DNA of 64,000 nt from Chthoniobacteraceae bacterium (lineage in GTDB: Bacteria; Verrucomicrobiota; Verrucomicrobiia; Chthoniobacterales; Chthoniobacteraceae), in the NCBI GenBank assembly GCA_040081625.1, contig JBEBGD010000019.1:1-64000 (forward strand), given 5' to 3'. The position numbers and the translations under genes were made by a program. Every line of letters begins with the position of its first letter. Within the stretch, counting starts at the first letter, position 1. The notes under the pieces are model-generated. The model worked only from the letters and a program-made list of their open reading frames with translations. It was not told where the DNA came from and ran no database searches. This document shows positions 1-8,946 of this stretch, piece after piece.

Positions 1-4
1 CAAC

Positions 5-85
5 CGTCGCTACGCGACGCGGCGCTTTTCCGCCGGCACCGTGGGCTGAAGCCCACGGCTATTCTCACTCGCTCGCTCCGCGAGC
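5..85. repeat. Cluster of three short hairpins (REP-like intergenic element)
   Basis: CGTCGC-TAC-GCGACG (5-19), CCGTGGGC-TGAA-GCCCACGG (39-58) and GCTCGC-TCC-GCGAGC (71-85). The element may extend beyond the window edge. Confidence 0.6.
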
Positions 86-106
86 ATTTCCGGGATTTGG
101 CAACGC

Positions 107-2476
107 GTGAGGTTTAGCCCGCTCGATCTCAAGCTCGTCCGCGACATCGGGCGCATGAAAGGGCAGGTGCTCGCGACGAGCATCGTGATGGCGTGCGGGC
201 TGGCGATGATGATCATGGCCCGCAGCCTCATCCTCTCGCTCGAGACGACGCAGGACAGCTACTACACGGAGCATCGATTCGGCGACGTGTTCTCCGGGTT
301 GAAGCGCGCGCCCAATTCGCTGCGCGCCCGCCTCGCGCAGATCGAGGGCGTCGCCGCCGTCGAGACGCGCGTGTCCGGCAAGGTCACGCTCGATCTTCCC
401 GGCCTGACGGAACCCGCCGACGGGATGATCCACTCGATCCCCGACGATCGGCCTGCGCAGCTTCATCTGCTGTTCCTGCGGCGCGGCAGGCTGCCCGAGC
501 TCGGCAGTCACGGCGAAGTCGTCGTCGGCGAAGCGTTCGCCGAGGCGCATGGATTCGAGCCGGGCAACGAGATCGACGCGACGATCTACGGCAAGCGGCA
601 GCGGCTGCGCATCGTCGGCACGGCGCTCTCGCCCGAATACGTCTTCGAGGCGCGGCCCGGCGAGACGCTGCCCGACAACCGCCGCTTCGGCGTCTTCTGG
701 ATGAACGAGCGCGAACTCGCCGATGCCTTCCAGCTCGACGGCGCCTTCAACGACGTGCTCGTCGATGCCGCGCCGGGCGCCGATCTCGCGTCGGTGATCG
801 CGGAAGTCGATCGCATGCTCGCGCCTTACGGCGGACGGATCGCGTATGGCCGGCGCGATCATCCGTCGGCGGTGCGGCTCGACGACGAACTGCGCGTGCT
901 GCGCGGGCTGTCGGTCGCGTTTCCCGCGGTGTTCCTCAGCATCGCGGCGTTCATGTCGAGCGCCGTGCTCACGCGGCTCGTGCGGCTTCAGCGCGAGCAG
1001 ATCGCGCAGCTCAAGGCGCTCGGCTACTCGTCGCGGCAGATCGGCCTCCACTACATGAAGTTCGCGATCGTCATCGTCGCACTCGCCACGCTCATCGGCG
1101 GCATCGCCGGGATGTGGCTGGGGACGAATGTCGTGTCGATCTACCATCGCTTCTTCCGCTTTCCGTCGCTCACGTTTCATCCCGACTGGCGCATGTTCGG
1201 CGTTGCGTTCGCGGTCAGCAGCGGCGCGGCGGCGCTCGGCGTGGTCGGCGCGGTGCGCGCGGCGGTGCGGCTGCCACCGGCGGAGGCGATGCGGCCGGAG
1301 CCACCCGCGGATTTCAAGCCCGCGCTGCTCGAGCGCATGGGCCTCGCACGGCTGGCGGGACCAGCCTTCCGCATGGCGCTGCGCAATCTCGAGCGCCGTC
1401 CGTGGCAGGCGTTGTTCACCGCGCTCGGGCTCGCGCTCGCGACCGGCATCCCGATCGTGCCCGGCGCGATGCGCGACGGGATCGACTACCTCCTTTCCTA
1501 CGAATGGGACCTCGCGCAGCGGCAGACCGTCACCGTCAGCCTCATCGAACCGGGCTCGGCCGGCGCGCTCGCCGACATGCGCAACCTGCCCGGCGTCATC
1601 GGCGCCGAGCCGTTTCGCGCCGTGCCGGCGCGGCTCAGCTTCGGCCATCGCTCGCGGCGGCTCGGCATCACGGGACTCTCGCGCGATGCGATGCTGCGCC
1701 GGCTTCTCGACGCGAAAGCGCACCCGGTCGAACTGCCGCCGGATGGGTTGCTCGTCTCGGCGAAACTCGCGGAGCTCCTCGGCGCGAAGCCCGGCGATCG
1801 CATCCGGCTCGAAGTCCACGAGGGGCGCAGGCCGGTGCTCGAGACGACGCTCGCGGGCACGATCACCGACTACTCCGGCGTGTGGGCTTACATGGAGATC
1901 GAAGCGCTACGGCGGCTCATGCGCGAAGGCGGCACCGTGAGCGGCGCGCACCTGATCGTGGATGCGAACCGGTTCGACGAGTTCCTCGGCGAGGTGAAGG
2001 AGGCACCGCGTGTCGCGAGTCTCGGCATCAAGGAGGCTGTGCGCGCGAGCTTCAAGAAAAGCACGGGCGACATGATCGGGATGATCACGACGATCTACTT
2101 CACCTTCGCGATCATCGTGTCGTTCGGCGTCGTCTATAACAGCGCGCGCATCGCGCTGTCCGAGCGCAGCCGCGACCTCGCGACGCTGCGGGTGATCGGC
2201 TTCACGCACCGCGAAGTGGCCGCGGTGCTCATCGGCGAACTCGCGCTGCTCACGCTCGTGGCGCTGCCGATCGGGCTGCTCATCGGCAGCGGGCTGGCGG
2301 CGATGATCATCCACACCGCGAGCACGGAGACCGTGCGGCTGCCGCTCGTGCTCACCTCGACGAGCTACGCGATGGCGGTGCTCGTCGTGCTAATCTCGTC
2401 GGCCTTGTCCTTTGCACTCGTGAGCCGCCGCATCCATAAACTCGACCTGCTCAGCGTGCTCAAAGCCACGGAATGA
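107..2476 (+). CDS. ABC transporter permease, MacB/FtsX family (duplicated permease)
   Basis: 789 aa with two MacB-PCD + FtsX halves: 'QREQIAQLKALGYS' and 'ERSRDLATLRVIGFT'. GTG start; the stop overlaps the next gene (ATGA). Confidence 0.9.
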   Translation: MRFSPLDLKLVRDIGRMKGQVLATSIVMACGLAMMIMARSLILSLETTQDSYYTEHRFGDVFSGLKRAPNSLRARLAQIEGVAAVETRVSGKVTLDLPGLTEPADGMIHSIPDDRPAQLHLLFLRRGRLPELGSHGEVVVGEAFAEAHGFEPGNEIDATIYGKRQRLRIVGTALSPEYVFEARPGETLPDNRRFGVFWMNERELADAFQLDGAFNDVLVDAAPGADLASVIAEVDRMLAPYGGRIAYGRRDHPSAVRLDDELRVLRGLSVAFPAVFLSIAAFMSSAVLTRLVRLQREQIAQLKALGYSSRQIGLHYMKFAIVIVALATLIGGIAGMWLGTNVVSIYHRFFRFPSLTFHPDWRMFGVAFAVSSGAAALGVVGAVRAAVRLPPAEAMRPEPPADFKPALLERMGLARLAGPAFRMALRNLERRPWQALFTALGLALATGIPIVPGAMRDGIDYLLSYEWDLAQRQTVTVSLIEPGSAGALADMRNLPGVIGAEPFRAVPARLSFGHRSRRLGITGLSRDAMLRRLLDAKAHPVELPPDGLLVSAKLAELLGAKPGDRIRLEVHEGRRPVLETTLAGTITDYSGVWAYMEIEALRRLMREGGTVSGAHLIVDANRFDEFLGEVKEAPRVASLGIKEAVRASFKKSTGDMIGMITTIYFTFAIIVSFGVVYNSARIALSERSRDLATLRVIGFTHREVAAVLIGELALLTLVALPIGLLIGSGLAAMIIHTASTETVRLPLVLTSTSYAMAVLVVLISSALSFALVSRRIHKLDLLSVLKATE

Positions 2477-3729
2477 AACCGAATCCCACGACCTCCGCGC
2501 AAACCCTCCGCTCCGCTCCGGCGGCGCGCAGGCGCGGCGCGTGGCGCAAATACATCCCTCACACGATCGCCGCCGCGCTCGTCGTGGCGATCGGCGTCGC
2601 GCTGCTGCCGAGCCCCATCGAAGTCGAAGTCGCGCAAGTTACCACCGGGCCGCTGACGGTCAGCGTGCTGGAGGAAGGCCGGACGCGCATCCGGCATCGC
2701 TACATGGTCTCGCCGCCGGTCTCCGGATTTCTGCGCCGCGTCGAATTGCGCGCCGGCGCGCCGATCAAGGCTGGAGAGACCGTGCTCGCCGTCATCGAGG
2801 CCGAGTCCTCGAGCTTCCTAAATCCGCGTGCGCTCGCCGAGGCGGAGGCTCGCGCGAAAGCCGCGGAGGCCGCGCGCGACGGAAGCGAAGCCGCACTCGA
2901 ACGCGCCCGCGCGGCCTTCGCCCAGGCGAAGAAGGACTGGGAACGCGCGGACGCGCTTCGCCGGACGGGCGCGGTCTCCGCGCAGGATTGGGACGCCGCG
3001 GAGGCGCACGCCACGATGCTCGGCCGCGAGCAACGGACCGCGGAATTTGCGCTGCAAACCGCCGGGCACGAACTCGCGCAGGCCCGCGCGACGCTGCTCC
3101 AGGCGCAGCGCCCACCGCAGGATGAGGCGAGGACGCTCACGATCCTGGCGCCGGTCACCGGCTTCATCCTCAACGTCATGGAGGAAAGCGCGAAGGTCGT
3201 CGCGGCAGGCATGCCGATCATGGAAGTCGGCGACGTCGCGGACCTCGAGGCGGAGATCGAACTGCTCTCGACCGATGCCGTCGGCGTGCGGCCCGGCGCC
3301 GAGGTGAGCATCGAGCAGTGGGGCGGGCCGCGGCCGCTGCGCGGAAAAGTCAGCGTCGTCGAACCCGGCGGCTACACGAAGTTCAGTGCGCTCGGCGTCG
3401 AGGAGCAGCGCGTGAAAGTGCGCGTCGATTTCGTCGATCCGCTTCCGCCCGGCACCTTCCTCGGCGATCGCTACCGCGTCGAGGCGCGCATCGTGACGTG
3501 GCATGCGGACAGCGTGCTGCAGGTTCCCGTCGGCGCGCTTTTCCGCCGGGGCGGTGACTGGATGACCTTTCTCGCCGACGGCGGGCGCGCGCGCCTCGCG
3601 AAGGTCGGGACCGCGCACATGAACGGCGTGCAGGCGGAAGTGACCGCGGGCCTGCGCGAAGGCCAGAGCGTCGTGCTGCACCCGCCGGACGTGCTGGCGG
3701 ACGGCGTGTCGATCAAAGCACGACGCTAG
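2473..3729 (+). CDS. Efflux periplasmic adaptor (HlyD/membrane fusion protein)
   Basis: N-terminal TM anchor, lipoyl half-motifs ('VSPPVSG', 'ILAPVTG'), alpha-hairpin and 'SALGVEEQRV'. Confidence 0.9.
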   Translation: MKPNPTTSAQTLRSAPAARRRGAWRKYIPHTIAAALVVAIGVALLPSPIEVEVAQVTTGPLTVSVLEEGRTRIRHRYMVSPPVSGFLRRVELRAGAPIKAGETVLAVIEAESSSFLNPRALAEAEARAKAAEAARDGSEAALERARAAFAQAKKDWERADALRRTGAVSAQDWDAAEAHATMLGREQRTAEFALQTAGHELAQARATLLQAQRPPQDEARTLTILAPVTGFILNVMEESAKVVAAGMPIMEVGDVADLEAEIELLSTDAVGVRPGAEVSIEQWGGPRPLRGKVSVVEPGGYTKFSALGVEEQRVKVRVDFVDPLPPGTFLGDRYRVEARIVTWHADSVLQVPVGALFRRGGDWMTFLADGGRARLAKVGTAHMNGVQAEVTAGLREGQSVVLHPPDVLADGVSIKARR

Positions 3730-3778
3730 CGCGGACCTTGTGCGCAGCCGATTTTCCGCGAAGAATGCCACTCCTGCG

Positions 3779-5920
3779 ATGACCTTCTCACCGCTCATCC
3801 GCGCCATCCTTGCCGCATTCGTGCTCTGCGCGATCGCGCGCGCCGACGACTCGCCGCTGACGACCGCCGCCGAAGTGCGCCGGCTTTCGCAGGAGGATGC
3901 CGGCGCCGCCCGGCCGGTGCGACTGCGCGGCGTGGTCACCTACCTCACGCCAAATGGCACGGTCTTTTTCATGCAGGACGATTCCGGTGGCGTGTGCGTG
4001 AGTGGGCCGCGCGACAAGACGCTGCGGCCCGAGCTTCGACTCGGCGCGATCGTCGAAGTCGAAGCCGTCACCGCTGCGGGCCGGGAGATCCCACACGTCA
4101 CTGCGCGGCGCAGAGAGCAGATGAAAGTCAGCGTGGTCGGCGAGGCGCCGCTGCCCGAGCCGAAGACCGCGACGGTGGCGCAGCTCACCCAGCCGCAGTT
4201 TCAGGAAGTGCGTGTCGAGGTCACCGGCGTGATCCGCTCCGCCCACACGGAGCCGCTCGGCACGACCACGCAGGAGACGCTCCTGTTCGTGCTGGCCGAC
4301 GGGCACAGCCGCGCGACGATCGCGCTGCCAGGCTGGCGCGGCCAGCCCGCGCTGCCGCAGCAGTTCGTCGGTGCGACGGTGCGCGTGCAGGGCGTGTATT
4401 CGGCGTCGCCCATCGATCGGCAGCCGCTGTTCGCGGACCGGCTGCTCATCTCCGCACTCAAGGATTTTCACATCGAGCAGCCTGCGCAGCCGGCCTTCGA
4501 GCGCGCCGCGCTGCCGATCGAATCCGCGCGCGAATTCGCACACGAGGAGAGCGAGCCCGAGCAGGTGCGCGTGCAGGGCGTGACGACCGTGGCCGTGCCG
4601 GGCAAAGGCATGTTTGTGGAAGACACAACCGGCGGCATCTGGATCGACACGGCGGCGCCGGCAGCGCCGGGCGACCTGGCGGACGTCGTCGGTTTTCCCG
4701 CCGTGCATGAGGGTGGCCCGGTGCTCGAGGACGCGCAGTGGCGCAAGAGCGACCTGGCCGTGACGCTCGCCCCGCCATTGGTCACCGCGACCGAGGCCAC
4801 CAGCGGCGCGCTCGACGGCCGGCTCGTGCAGATGGAGGCGCTGCTGCTCGGCGTGTCCTCGGCAGGCGAAGGCCCGACGCTCGTCCTGCAGAGCGCCGAC
4901 CGCGTCTTTCTCGCGCGCTGCGGCAATCCGCGCTCACGCCTTCCATCGCTGGGCGAGAATAGCTGGCTGCTGCTCACCGGCGTCTGCGTGAACACCCAAT
5001 CTCCGCAAATGCGCGAGGCTGCGCTCGGTCGCGCGATGTCCTTTCACCTGCTCGTCTCCGGGCCGCTCGCGATCGAGATCGCGCGCACGCCGAGCTGGTG
5101 GACGGTGCGGCGGATCGTGACGCTCATGGCCTCGCTCGGCGCGCTGGCGCTGGCTGCGATGGTGTGGGCCACCACGTTGAGCTGGCGTGTGACGAAACAG
5201 ACCGACCAGATCCGCGAGCATCTCGCCCGGGAAGCTGTCGCCGAAGAGCGGCTGCGCATCGCACGCGAGCTGCACGACTCGGTGCAGCAGGATTTGCTCG
5301 GCATCACCATGCAGCTCAAGGCCACCGAGCGGCTGCTCGATGAACCGGATCGCGCGCGCCACGCCCTCACGCTCGCGAGCGCGATGGCGCGCCGCAGCCA
5401 GGCCGAGACTCATCGCGCAGTGTGGGACCTGCGCGAGGCCGCCGACGAGCGCAGCGATCTCGTCTCCTCGCTCGAGGATATGGTCGCGGGCATGAACACC
5501 GAGGAGGGCGCGATGCTCGAGTTCAGCCACACCGGCGAACGACGCCAACTGCCACAGACCGCGAAGAGCCACATCATGCGCATCGCTCAGGAAGCCGTGA
5601 GCAATGCCGTCAAGCACGGCGCCGCGGGCCGCATCGCCATCGAGCTTCATTTTGGCGACGACAAAGTCACGCTCACCGTGCGCGACGACGGCAGAGGCTT
5701 CGACGCGGATCATGCGCCGACGCCGAGCAGCGGCCACTTCGGGCTGTTCGGGATGAAGGAGCGCGCGATCAAGCTGAACGCCGAGCTACACATCACGAGC
5801 CGCCCCGGCGAGGGCACCGCGGTGCGTCTTTCGCTGCCCATACCTGCCGAAACGGAAGTGAATGAACCGTTGCGAACGCCGACCGGCCTGCGCTTTATCC
5901 CGAGGCCTTCCACTTCATGA
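3779..5920 (+). CDS. Sensor histidine kinase (HisKA_3/NarX-like) with large periplasmic domain
   Basis: Signal peptide, TM helix, H-box 'ERLRIARELHDSVQQ', N-box 'QEAVSNAVKH', G-boxes 'DDGRGF' and 'HFGLFGMKERA'. The start could be 3740. Confidence 0.9.
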   Translation: MTFSPLIRAILAAFVLCAIARADDSPLTTAAEVRRLSQEDAGAARPVRLRGVVTYLTPNGTVFFMQDDSGGVCVSGPRDKTLRPELRLGAIVEVEAVTAAGREIPHVTARRREQMKVSVVGEAPLPEPKTATVAQLTQPQFQEVRVEVTGVIRSAHTEPLGTTTQETLLFVLADGHSRATIALPGWRGQPALPQQFVGATVRVQGVYSASPIDRQPLFADRLLISALKDFHIEQPAQPAFERAALPIESAREFAHEESEPEQVRVQGVTTVAVPGKGMFVEDTTGGIWIDTAAPAAPGDLADVVGFPAVHEGGPVLEDAQWRKSDLAVTLAPPLVTATEATSGALDGRLVQMEALLLGVSSAGEGPTLVLQSADRVFLARCGNPRSRLPSLGENSWLLLTGVCVNTQSPQMREAALGRAMSFHLLVSGPLAIEIARTPSWWTVRRIVTLMASLGALALAAMVWATTLSWRVTKQTDQIREHLAREAVAEERLRIARELHDSVQQDLLGITMQLKATERLLDEPDRARHALTLASAMARRSQAETHRAVWDLREAADERSDLVSSLEDMVAGMNTEEGAMLEFSHTGERRQLPQTAKSHIMRIAQEAVSNAVKHGAAGRIAIELHFGDDKVTLTVRDDGRGFDADHAPTPSSGHFGLFGMKERAIKLNAELHITSRPGEGTAVRLSLPIPAETEVNEPLRTPTGLRFIPRPSTS

Positions 5921-6579
5921 GTTCTCCGAAATCGTCCAGCAAGCAGCAGAAGATCAAGCTCCTCGTCGTCGATGATCATTTCGTGGTCCGCCTCGGGCTG
6001 ACCAGCGCGCTCAACCTCGAGCCCGACATGCATGTCGTCGCCGAGGCCTGCGACGGGCAGCAGGCGATCGACCTCTATCGCAAGCACAAGCCGGACATCG
6101 TCGTGATGGATTACCAGCTCCCGATCTTCAACGGCGCGCAGGCCACCGCCGCGATCGTGAAGGACTTCCCGGATGCGCGCATCATCGTGCTCTCGGTCTT
6201 CAAGGCCGAGGAGGACGTGCATCGCGCGGTGCAGGCCGGCGCCGCGGCGTATCTGCCGAAGTCGAGCGAACCCGAGGAACTCATCGAGGCCATCCGCACG
6301 GTGCATAAAGGCGGGCGCTACTTCCCGGCGGTCATCGCCAATGTGCTCGCCGGCCGCGCCTCTCGCGATCCGCTGAGCGACCGCGAGATCCAGGTGCTCA
6401 CGATGATCGTGCGCGGCCGCTCGAACAAGGAAATCGCCAGCGACCTCGGCATATCCGAGAACACGGTGAAGTTTCACACCACGCGAATCTTCGAGAAGCT
6501 CCACGTCCTCGACCGCGTGCAGGCGGCGACCGCGGCGATCGAGCGCGGCATCGTGAGTCTCGATCGCGCGCGCAATTAG
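5917..6579 (+). CDS. Response regulator, NarL/LuxR family
   Basis: REC domain 'LLVVDDHFVVRLG...VMDYQLP' and HTH 'LSDREIQVL...GRSNKEIA...ISENTVKFH'. Confidence 0.93.
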   Translation: MSSPKSSSKQQKIKLLVVDDHFVVRLGLTSALNLEPDMHVVAEACDGQQAIDLYRKHKPDIVVMDYQLPIFNGAQATAAIVKDFPDARIIVLSVFKAEEDVHRAVQAGAAAYLPKSSEPEELIEAIRTVHKGGRYFPAVIANVLAGRASRDPLSDREIQVLTMIVRGRSNKEIASDLGISENTVKFHTTRIFEKLHVLDRVQAATAAIERGIVSLDRARN

Positions 6580-6651
6580 CCGGCGGCGGCGCGCGGTTTG
6601 GGATTCGTCAAACGGCGGCGGCCCGCGTAGAACCCGCCGATCCATCGCCGC

Positions 6652-7170
6652 ATGAAGTCCTCCTTTTCGCTCAGCCATCGACTCGCCCGCGCCGCGTGGA
6701 GTCTCTGCTGGCTGCTGCTCTGCAGGTGGACGCCGCGCCCGCTGCACGGCTGGCGCGCGCTCGTGCTGCGCGCCTGGGGCGCGAAGATCGGAGCGCGCAC
6801 ACACGTCTATCCCGGCGTGAAGATCTGGGCGCCGTGGCAGCTCACCCTCGGCGACGACGCGTGCATCGCGGACGGCGCGGACATTTATAATGTCGCGCCG
6901 ATCACGCTCGGCGCGCGCGCGGTCGTCTCGCAGGACGCCTTCCTCTGCACCGCCTCGCACGATCACCGGCGCGAAGACTTCCCGCTCATCACCGCGCCGA
7001 TCGTGCTCGGCACGCGCGCTTGGGTCGCGGCGCGGGCGATCGTGCTCATGGGCGTGAAGCTCGGCGATGGCGCCGTCGCCGCGGCCGGCAGCGTGGTGAC
7101 GCGCGACGTGGCGCCCGGCAGCGTCGTCGCGGGGAATCCGGCCCGCGTCGTCCGCGAGCCCGGCGCATGA
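6652..7170 (+). CDS. wcaF: Hexapeptide-repeat acetyltransferase, WcaF-like
   Basis: Left-handed beta-helix repeats, 'VKIWAPWQL', 'SQDAFLCTASHD' and 'VVAGNPARVV'. Confidence 0.75.
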   Translation: MKSSFSLSHRLARAAWSLCWLLLCRWTPRPLHGWRALVLRAWGAKIGARTHVYPGVKIWAPWQLTLGDDACIADGADIYNVAPITLGARAVVSQDAFLCTASHDHRREDFPLITAPIVLGTRAWVAARAIVLMGVKLGDGAVAAAGSVVTRDVAPGSVVAGNPARVVREPGA

Positions 7171-7751
7171 AACGCCTCGCCATTCTCCTCCTCGCCGCCG
7201 TCGTCCGCGCGCAGGAGCCGGCGCCACCGCCGCTCGCGATCGAGATCGATCTCACCGCGCAGAAAGCGTGGGTGCTCCAGGACGGCCAGCGCGTGTATGA
7301 GACGCCCATCTCGAGCGGTCGCGCCGGCCACGAAACGCCGACGGGCACTTTCGCCGTGAGCGAAAAGGACCTCGACCACAGGTCATCGCTCTACGGAAGG
7401 ATCGTGGACGGCAAAGGCCGCACGCTCATCCCAGATGCGGATAGCGACACACCGGTGCCCGCCGGCGGGAAGTTCGTGCAGGCGCCGATGCGCCACTTCC
7501 TGCGCTTCGACGGCGCCATCGGGATGCACGCCGGGCGACTGCCCGGCTACCCCGCATCGCACGGCTGCGTGCGGCTGCCCGCGGGGAAGGCCGCGCTCTT
7601 TTTCAACATCGCCGAACTCGGCACGCCCGTGCGCGTCTTCGGCAGGACACCGCGCAGCGGACGCCCGTCGCGCCCCGCCGCGAAGTCCACTCCGGTCGCG
7701 ACCCCGACGCCCGCGCCGAAAGGCTGGTTCCCGTGGCTGCGCCGGCTGTAG
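7167..7751 (+). CDS. L,D-transpeptidase (YkuD family)
   Basis: Signal peptide MKRLAILLL; 'ISSGRAGHETPTG'; catalytic 'MHAG...ASHGCVRL'. The ATG overlaps the wcaF stop. Confidence 0.88.
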   Translation: MKRLAILLLAAVVRAQEPAPPPLAIEIDLTAQKAWVLQDGQRVYETPISSGRAGHETPTGTFAVSEKDLDHRSSLYGRIVDGKGRTLIPDADSDTPVPAGGKFVQAPMRHFLRFDGAIGMHAGRLPGYPASHGCVRLPAGKAALFFNIAELGTPVRVFGRTPRSGRPSRPAAKSTPVATPTPAPKGWFPWLRRL

Positions 7752-7761
7752 CGTGCCTGCC

Positions 7762-8904
7762 ATGTCCGCACCCATTCGTTCCGTCGCCCTCCTCCTCGCC
7801 GTCGCGCTTTGCACCGCCCGCGCGGCGCAGCCCGGTCTCGCCGCCACGCTCCAGCCCTTTGTGGACAGCCAAAGCCTCGCCGGCGCCGTCACGCTCGTCG
7901 CCACGAAGGACAAGGTGCTCGCGATCGACACCGTCGGCTTCGCCGACATCGCCGCGAAGAAACCGATGACCGCCGACGCGCTCTTCTGGATCGCCTCCCA
8001 ATCCAAACCCATCACCGCGACCGCGCTGATGATCCTCGTCGATGAAGGCAAGGTCCGGCTCGACGACCCGGTGGAGAAGTATCTGCCGGAGTTCAAGGAA
8101 CTCTGGATCGCCGCCGAGCGGGAAAAGAATCGCCTGCTGCTGCGCCGCCCCGCGCACGCCATCACGGTGCGCGAGACCCTCAGCCACACGAGCGGACTCG
8201 ACTTCAAGTCCGCCGTCGAGCAGCCGACACTCGACCGCCTCTCGCTGCGCGTCGCCGTGCTCAGCCACACCCTCGCGCCGCTGCTCTTCGAGCCCGGCAC
8301 GAACTACAAATACAGCAACGCCGGCATCAACACCGCGGGCCGCATCATCGAAGTCGTGAGCGGGATGAGCTACGAAGAGTTCCTGAACAAGCGCCTCTTC
8401 ATCCCGCTCGGCATGAAAGACACGAGCTTCGTGCCGACCGACGCGCAGGTGAAGCGGCTCGCGAAATCCTACAAGCCGAACACCGCAAAGAACGGCCTCG
8501 AGGAAACTCCGATCAGCCAGCTCGATTATCCGCTCACCGATCCCACCCGTCAGCCCATGCCCGGCGGCGGCCTCTTTTCCACCGCCGACGACGTCGCGAA
8601 GTTTTGCCAGATGGTGCTCAACGGCGGCATGGCGAATGGCAAACGACTCCTCTCCGAAGCGGCGATCAAGGAAATGAGCAGCCGGCAGACCCCCGCGACG
8701 ATGAAGGCGAGCTACGGCCTCGGCTGGGCGGTCACCGGCGACAGCTTCGGCCACGGCGGCGCGATGAGCACGAACATGACGATCGACCCGAAGCCCGGCC
8801 TCATCACCGTCTTCATGGTCCAGCACGCCGGCTTCCCCGGGAACGGCAAGGAAAGCCACGGCGCATTCCGCAAAGCGGCGCTCGAGAAGTTCGGGAGGAA
8901 GTAG
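7762..8904 (+). CDS. Serine hydrolase, beta-lactamase (class C-like) family
   Basis: Signal peptide; SxxK 'ASQSKP', 'LSHTSG', YxN 'YSNAG', 'PLGMKDT' and 'FGHGG'. Confidence 0.88.
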   Translation: MSAPIRSVALLLAVALCTARAAQPGLAATLQPFVDSQSLAGAVTLVATKDKVLAIDTVGFADIAAKKPMTADALFWIASQSKPITATALMILVDEGKVRLDDPVEKYLPEFKELWIAAEREKNRLLLRRPAHAITVRETLSHTSGLDFKSAVEQPTLDRLSLRVAVLSHTLAPLLFEPGTNYKYSNAGINTAGRIIEVVSGMSYEEFLNKRLFIPLGMKDTSFVPTDAQVKRLAKSYKPNTAKNGLEETPISQLDYPLTDPTRQPMPGGGLFSTADDVAKFCQMVLNGGMANGKRLLSEAAIKEMSSRQTPATMKASYGLGWAVTGDSFGHGGAMSTNMTIDPKPGLITVFMVQHAGFPGNGKESHGAFRKAALEKFGRK

Positions 8905-8946
8905 CCGCGCCGCGGCATCTCGAGTCGATCTGCGCCGCGCCATGCA

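Noticed and set aside
7762..8904. True beta-lactam resistance gene
   Set aside because: It has HGG in place of the KTG triad and fits the broad serine hydrolase/esterase family; resistance cannot be inferred.
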